This document shows, piece by piece, positions 58,773-64,000 of a stretch of DNA of 64,000 nucleotides (the first letter of the stretch is position 1; each line of letters starts with the position of its first letter). Position numbers and translations under genes: made by a program. Where the stretch lies: the NCBI GenBank assembly GCA_002437665.1, contig DJQW01000002.1, positions 80,364-144,363 of the forward strand, given 5' to 3'. The notes beneath the pieces were generated by a model. The model was given only the letters and a program-made list of their open reading frames with translations. It was not told the DNA's origin and searched no databases. The stretch is from Alphaproteobacteria bacterium UBA6376. GTDB lineage: Bacteria > Pseudomonadota > Alphaproteobacteria > Rs-D84.

Positions 58773-58861
58773 GGAGCGTTGCCAGAGTGGTAATGGAGCG
58801 GATTGCTAATCCGTCATGGGGTTAAACTCATGCATAGGTTCGAGTCCTATACGCTCCGCCA
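58773..58861 (+). tRNA. tRNA-Ser (anticodon GCU), class II, CCA encoded.
   Basis: Manual fold: acceptor GGAGCGT/ACGCTCC, anticodon stem GCGGA/TCCGT with loop UUGCUAA, long variable arm, T-arm ATAGG-TTCGAGT-CCTAT, discriminator G. Promoter TTGATT...TACAAT upstream. Confidence 0.85.
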
Positions 58862-59010
58862 GAATTGCATTATTCTGATATGACAATTAAATTTATGAAT
58901 TTTTGTTGTTGTCGCTAAAAATTCGCCACGCAAGCGGGCATTATTTCGTTTGCAAAAAATCCAACTATTTACTAACATTTTTTTGACATAAACAGCAAAG
59001 GAAGCGCACT

Positions 59011-60444
59011 ATGACACTGAAAATTTATAACGTTATGACACGCCAGAAACAAGAATTTGTCCCATTGACCCCCGGGGCGGTAAAAATGTATGCGTGCGGT
59101 ATTACTGTGTCGGCCGACGCGCATATCGGGCATGCATACCAGTCCGTGGTCTTTGATGTTATTACACGCTATTTCGCATATCTGGGGTATAATGTAAAAT
59201 ACGTTCGTAACTATACCGATGTTGACGACAAGATTATTGCTAACGCAAACAAAATTGGCGAAAACCCAATCACATTTGCCGAACGCTATATGGCCAAGAC
59301 CGATGCCGAAATGGATGCACTGGGCAACAATCGTCCGACTGTGATGGCTCGCGCAACCCAATGCATTGATGACATTATCGCATTTGTCCAGAAACTGATT
59401 GATTCTGGGCACGCATATGTTTCTGAATTTGGCGATGTGTATTTCAAACTGTCGTCTTTCCCAGATTACGGCAAATTGTCACACATTCAAACCAACAAGA
59501 ACGAAATTGGTGTTCGCAAGGACATTGAACCCGGCAAGTTGGACGAGGCGGATTTTGCCCTGTGGAAATCTGCAAAGCCAGATGAAATTTATTGGGAATC
59601 ACCATGGGGACATGGCCGCCCCGGTTGGCACATTGAATGCAGTGCGATGAACATGAAATATCTGGGCGAACAGATTGACATTCACGGTGGCGGGCGTGAT
59701 TTGGTGTTCCCGCACCACGAAAATGAAATTGCCCAGACAGAATCCGTCACCGGCAAAACATTTGCAAATTACTGGGTACACTGCGGCTTGGTCAAAGTCA
59801 ACGGCCAGAAAATGAGCAAGTCATTGAACAACGGTATATTGTTGCAAGATGTCTTGGCACAATATGATGCCGATGTCATTCGCTTTGCATTGCTGAATAA
59901 CATGTATTCAAACGACATTGATATCACAGACACGTTCTTTCCAAACGCAATGCGTCATGTGTACAAAATGTATTCGGTTATAAACACGGCACGCGCACGT
60001 GATTATGCGGATGCAAATGCGGACAAAACAGCCACAATGACGCAACAAATTACCGATGAATTTCGTGCAGCAATGGACGACAACTTTAACACATACGGTG
60101 TGATTGTCGCGGCGTTCAAATGGTTTGATTTCGTGTCCGCCGAATTGGCGAAAAAGCATACAGAATATGATTTGGCCGCCATTGTGAACAAAATCGTCGA
60201 ATTGTTCGGTGTTCTGAATATATTGCAGCGCGATGCGGCCCAATACATTGCCGACGCCCGCCAACGCGTTTTGACACAAAACAATATCAGCGCGGACGAA
60301 ATTCAGGCAAAAATTGACGCGCGTGCCGCGGCCAAAGCCGCACGCGATTACGCCACCGCCGACGCAATTCGTGGTGAATTGATGGCGCGCGGCATCGCCC
60401 TGATGGATTCGCCAAACGGCACAACATGGGACATCGCGATGTAA
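59011..60444 (+). CDS. cysS: Cysteinyl-tRNA synthetase.
   Basis: HIGH motif (HIGHAYQ), KMSKS motif (KMSKSLNN), and Zn-binding Cys contexts (YACG, HIECS). 477 aa. A bidirectional terminator follows at 60461-60492. Confidence 0.95.
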   Translation: MTLKIYNVMTRQKQEFVPLTPGAVKMYACGITVSADAHIGHAYQSVVFDVITRYFAYLGYNVKYVRNYTDVDDKIIANANKIGENPITFAERYMAKTDAEMDALGNNRPTVMARATQCIDDIIAFVQKLIDSGHAYVSEFGDVYFKLSSFPDYGKLSHIQTNKNEIGVRKDIEPGKLDEADFALWKSAKPDEIYWESPWGHGRPGWHIECSAMNMKYLGEQIDIHGGGRDLVFPHHENEIAQTESVTGKTFANYWVHCGLVKVNGQKMSKSLNNGILLQDVLAQYDADVIRFALLNNMYSNDIDITDTFFPNAMRHVYKMYSVINTARARDYADANADKTATMTQQITDEFRAAMDDNFNTYGVIVAAFKWFDFVSAELAKKHTEYDLAAIVNKIVELFGVLNILQRDAAQYIADARQRVLTQNNISADEIQAKIDARAAAKAARDYATADAIRGELMARGIALMDSPNGTTWDIAM

Positions 60445-60507
60445 TTTTTCGCCCTGTTATAAAAAAACGTCCTGTTTGGGACGTTTTTTTATAACACCTG
60501 TTTGTTA

Positions 60508-61794
60508 TTATGCGGCCTTTTTGGCATCGCGCAAGATTTGCACTGGTTGCTTTTTGCCCAGCACAACATTTTTATCAATCACGATTTCCGCCAGTTCCGG
60601 ATTATCGGGCGCATCAAACATTGGCGTCAACAATATGCGTTCCAGAATACTGCGCAGACCACGCGCACCCGTCTTGCGCGCAACCGCTAATTTTGCAATT
60701 TCACGCAATCCGTCATCGGTGATATTCAATTTCACATTGTCCATTTCCAGCATCGCGCTGTATTGCTTTACAATCGCGTTCTTTGGTTCGGTCAGGATTT
60801 TTACCAATGCATTTTCGTCCAAGTCCTGCAATGTGGTAATCACCGGCAAACGGCCGACCAGTTCCGGAATAATACCAAATTTAACCAAATCTTCGGGCTG
60901 AACATCGTCCAAGTAATTTTTGGATTCGCGTTCCTTTTTCGATTGAACATTCGCGCCAAAACCGATACCCGCACGTTCCGATTTGCGACCACCAATAATC
61001 TTGTTCAGGCCATCAAACGCACCACCACAGATAAACAAGATTTTCGATGTGTCCAGTTGGACTGTGGCCTCGCCCGGATGCTTGCGCCCCGCGCCACCCG
61101 CGGGAACATTTGCAACCGTACCTTCGACCAATTTCAACAAGGCCTGTTGCACACCTTCGCCGGAAACATCACGTGTCAGCGATGGATTTTCGGATTTACG
61201 TGCAATTTTATCGATTTCGTCAATATAGATAATACCACGACCCGCACGTTCCACATCAAAATTCGCATTCTGTAACAGACGCGTCAAAACACTTTCCACG
61301 TCGTCGCCGACATAACCGGCCTCGGTCAGCGTGGTTGCATCTGCGATTGCAAACGGTACATCCAAAATGCGCGCCAGCGTTTGCGCAAACAACGTTTTAC
61401 CAGTACCCGTTGGCCCAATCAGCAAAACATTGGACTTTTGAATTTCGACATTTGACGACATCGCCACACTGTGACGTTTATAATGGTTATAGACCGCCAC
61501 CGCCAGTGTGCGTTTTGCCATATCTTGCCCGATGATATATTCGTTCAAGAAATTATAAATCTGGGACGGCGTTGGCAACTTGGCGGCTTCCTTGCTGACC
61601 TCGCCCCGCAGGTCGTCTGCCATAATATCATTGCACAGGTTGATACATTCGTCACAGATGCAAACGTTGCGTCCACGAACCAGTTTTTTAACCTCGTACA
61701 CGGATTTACCACAAAAACTGCAAAACTGCTGTGCGCCCTGCGCTGCATCAGTTGGTGGTGTGGTGGTGTTTTTATCGTCACTCATTACAAACAA
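60508..61794 (-). CDS. clpX: ATP-dependent Clp protease ATP-binding subunit ClpX.
   Basis: N-terminal Zn finger CSFCGK...CICDEC. Walker A GPTGTGKT. Canonical ClpX sequence throughout. Confidence 0.97.
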   Translation of the reverse strand: MFVMSDDKNTTTPPTDAAQGAQQFCSFCGKSVYEVKKLVRGRNVCICDECINLCNDIMADDLRGEVSKEAAKLPTPSQIYNFLNEYIIGQDMAKRTLAVAVYNHYKRHSVAMSSNVEIQKSNVLLIGPTGTGKTLFAQTLARILDVPFAIADATTLTEAGYVGDDVESVLTRLLQNANFDVERAGRGIIYIDEIDKIARKSENPSLTRDVSGEGVQQALLKLVEGTVANVPAGGAGRKHPGEATVQLDTSKILFICGGAFDGLNKIIGGRKSERAGIGFGANVQSKKERESKNYLDDVQPEDLVKFGIIPELVGRLPVITTLQDLDENALVKILTEPKNAIVKQYSAMLEMDNVKLNITDDGLREIAKLAVARKTGARGLRSILERILLTPMFDAPDNPELAEIVIDKNVVLGKKQPVQILRDAKKAA

Positions 61795-61812
61795 TCCCTT
61801 GGGTGTGAAAAA

Positions 61813-62394
61813 TTATTTACGTTCCAAAATGCCATCAATCAGGCCGAAATCTTTGGCCTCGGTCGGGTTCATCCAGTTATCACGTTCCATCGCATCAAAC
61901 AATTCTTGTTCACTGCGACCGGTGAACGACGCCATTTGTTTAATCAACGTCTGTTTGTTCTTTTGATACTGGGTCATGCGGATTTCCATATCGGTAATCT
62001 GGCCCTCGGCCCCAGCCAATGGCTGGTGAATCATAATCTGGGTGTTGGGCAAAACGAAACGTTTCCCATGTGCCCCCGCCGCCAGCAAGACAGAACCCAT
62101 CGACGCGACCAACCCCATACCGATGGTTGATACCGGCGATTTAATATACTGCATCGTGTCCATAATTGCCCACCCCGCGGAAACATCGCCACCAGGGCTG
62201 TTGATATAGACAGAAATTTCTGCATTTGGATTTTCGGATTCCAAGAACAACAACTGCGCCACAATGCTGTTCGCCATTGTCGGTTCAATTTGGCCGTTTA
62301 TCATAACAATACGATCACGCAACAGGCGCGAATAAATATCAAACGAACGTTCACCACGTGGTGACTCTTCGATAACCATTGGTATCAGTGCCAT
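61813..62394 (-). CDS. clpP: ATP-dependent Clp protease proteolytic subunit ClpP.
   Basis: Canonical ClpP (…[11 protein letters not shown]…[14 protein letters not shown]…). It is upstream of clpX. Confidence 0.97.
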   Translation of the reverse strand: MALIPMVIEESPRGERSFDIYSRLLRDRIVMINGQIEPTMANSIVAQLLFLESENPNAEISVYINSPGGDVSAGWAIMDTMQYIKSPVSTIGMGLVASMGSVLLAAGAHGKRFVLPNTQIMIHQPLAGAEGQITDMEIRMTQYQKNKQTLIKQMASFTGRSEQELFDAMERDNWMNPTEAKDFGLIDGILERK

Positions 62395-62555
62395 AAAATA
62401 TCCTTTTAATTTCTCTGAATTATACCACAAAAAATCCGATTCGCGAATTTATACATCTGATATATAGGTAAATATGTCCAAAATACAACCAAACAGCAAC
62501 TTATTGACAAAAACCATTTTGTGTACTATATTATCAGAAAACAAAGGCACATATT

Positions 62556-62897
62556 ATGCACACAAATGGATTTTATTTAATTGAACGCGCCCGTCACGAA
62601 TACAAAATCGCGACACTGAACACTATTATGAAACGCATAACCGACGATTTGGTTCAGACCCAGAAAATCAAGAAATTGATAGAAGAACGCAGCCGCATCG
62701 TCAAAACAGAAAATCTGGAACAGCGTATGCAAATGCGCCGCGAACAATTACAGGAACTGATTGCCGCACGTCGCGCACACTATGATGAACGCTATGACGC
62801 GATGGAGGCCGCAACCACCGGCGCAATGTTTGACATTGACTGGGCCGAAGAATTGGCATACAAAGCATTGGAATACGAACGCACACATTCACGTTAA
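62556..62897 (+). CDS. Hypothetical protein (113 aa, predicted helical).
   Basis: Promoter TTGACA-N17-TACTATATT upstream. A terminator hairpin follows at 62897-62930. No recognizable family. Confidence 0.45.
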   Translation: MHTNGFYLIERARHEYKIATLNTIMKRITDDLVQTQKIKKLIEERSRIVKTENLEQRMQMRREQLQELIAARRAHYDERYDAMEAATTGAMFDIDWAEELAYKALEYERTHSR

Positions 62898-62917
62898 ACA
62901 GCAAAGCCGCCAAAACA

Positions 62918-63994
62918 TCAGGCGGCTTTTTTCATATCACGTTTTACATCACGCACATATTTGCGCAATTCATCAATAGGAACCAGTGACCCGTCGCGCT
63001 TTTCCGCCGACCAGTAATCCCAGCCATTGAAACTGACGCTGTGTTGCAGACGCGCCGCCATAACATGAATTGATGCCTTGCCATACAGGGTATGCACCAA
63101 CTGGGCATCACGCGTAATCATAACACGTTCGCCACGCGGGCTGACCAATGTCTGACCAACGTACAGCAGTCCCGCATCCAGCAATTCTTTGAACGCAACG
63201 CGAACCTCTGCACGTTTGGGGGCGGCGACCTCTATATCCGTCAAATCAATCGGTTTAACCGCGGCAACACGTTCCCGTGCAGCGGCCACATACGCCTCTT
63301 CACGGTCGATTCCAATAAAATTACGTCCCAATTCCTTGGCCGCGGCGGCGGTTGTACCACTGCCCACAAATGGGTCAAGAATTACATCGCCCTGCTTGGT
63401 CGACGCCAATATCACACGGCGCAATAAATCCATCGGCTTTTGCGTGTTATGCAAACTCTTGCCATCTGCGCCCTTGACACGTTCTTCGCCCAGACAAATA
63501 TTGATATTCCAATCCGAACGCATCTGTTTGCCGCCGTTCAATTTCTTCATCGTTTCGTAATTGAACGTGTACTTGCCGGTCTTGCGTGGGGTGGCCCAAA
63601 TCAGTGTTTCGTGCGCATTTGTAAAGCGTGTGCCGCGGAAATTCGGCATAGGATTGGTTTTCACCCAAACAATATCATTCAGAATCCAGAACCCCAAATC
63701 CTGTAAAATTGCACCAACGCGGAAAATATTATGATAACTGCCAATAACCCACATTGCGCCATCTGGTTTCAAAATACGTTTGCATTCCGTCATCCATGCG
63801 CGTGTAAATTCGTCGTATGCCGCAGGACTGTCAAACGCATCCCACGCATCGCGCACCGCACGCGCAGCCGTTTGGTCTTCGGGGCGATACAATGTCTTTG
63901 CCCCCAGTTGCAGATTATACGGACAATCGGCAAAGATGGCATCAACCGACGCATCAGGCATGCGGCGCATAACCTCTATGCAATCACCAGACAA
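62918..63994 (-). CDS. ccrM: CcrM-like N6-adenine DNA methyltransferase (beta-class, 358 aa, with a C-terminal DNA-binding extension).
   Basis: N-terminal D(C/P)PY motif (FADCPYNL). SAM-binding region ...ILDPFVGSGTT... The length is identical to Caulobacter CcrM (358 aa) and includes the ~80-aa C-terminal domain characteristic of the CcrM family. Confidence 0.8.
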   Translation of the reverse strand: MSGDCIEVMRRMPDASVDAIFADCPYNLQLGAKTLYRPEDQTAARAVRDAWDAFDSPAAYDEFTRAWMTECKRILKPDGAMWVIGSYHNIFRVGAILQDLGFWILNDIVWVKTNPMPNFRGTRFTNAHETLIWATPRKTGKYTFNYETMKKLNGGKQMRSDWNINICLGEERVKGADGKSLHNTQKPMDLLRRVILASTKQGDVILDPFVGSGTTAAAAKELGRNFIGIDREEAYVAAARERVAAVKPIDLTDIEVAAPKRAEVRVAFKELLDAGLLYVGQTLVSPRGERVMITRDAQLVHTLYGKASIHVMAARLQHSVSFNGWDYWSAEKRDGSLVPIDELRKYVRDVKRDMKKAA

Positions 63995-64000
63995 AATCTG

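Overview
This 64-kb window appears to come from a moderately low-GC Gram-negative chromosome. The most likely source is an anaerobic or microaerophilic alphaproteobacterium. That is an inference from a full-length CcrM-type adenine methyltransferase, a CarD/CdnL regulator, lptC-lptB, clpP-clpX, rpsB-tsf and a 1170-aa pyruvate:ferredoxin oxidoreductase. Neisseria-type dRS3-like repeats are present but no Neisseria DNA uptake sequence (DUS) is.

The first 7 kb hold a complete type II-C CRISPR-Cas system:
- an array of at least 33 copies of a 36-bp repeat with 29-30 bp spacers, continuing beyond the window start;
- every repeat carries a near-consensus promoter (TAGACA-N16-TGATATAAT), so crRNAs are transcribed from inside the repeats, as in Neisseria and Campylobacter;
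- the gene order is unusual: array, then cas1, then cas2, with cas9 convergent and overlapping cas2 by 9 bp, and a divergent tracrRNA (anti-repeat plus two hairpins) upstream of cas9.

The rest is a mix of housekeeping and accessory genes:
- Housekeeping: eno, lptC/lptB, carD, nifJ-like PFOR, ctp, tyrS, tsf, rpsB, pbpC, polA, cysS, clpXP, pth, tRNA-Ser(GCU) and a tRNA-Leu with an unusual AAG anticodon.
- Envelope and secreted proteins: a 1701-aa autotransporter, an S8 protease, an alpha-2-macroglobulin/PbpC pair, OmpA-family and beta-barrel outer-membrane proteins, BamE-like and Ctp.
- An expanded set of cysteine-rich secreted proteins. This includes a 2.5-kb inverted duplication of a two-gene module (a small and a large Cys-rich secreted protein) with mosaic conservation. 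It is flanked by 29-bp direct repeats and split by a MITE-like palindrome.
- A family of mosaic intergenic repeats (NIME/dRS3-like, ATTCCC-N8-GGGAAT) at five or more loci, often next to tRNAs.

The candidates most worth a second look are:
- the Cys-rich inverted paralog island;
- a translationally coupled Fic/Doc-like (His-to-Gln, NKR motif) plus aminoglycoside-phosphotransferase/kinase-fold gene pair;
- an ORF inserted between rpsB and tsf;
- the A34 tRNA-Leu;
- the atypical CRISPR locus architecture.
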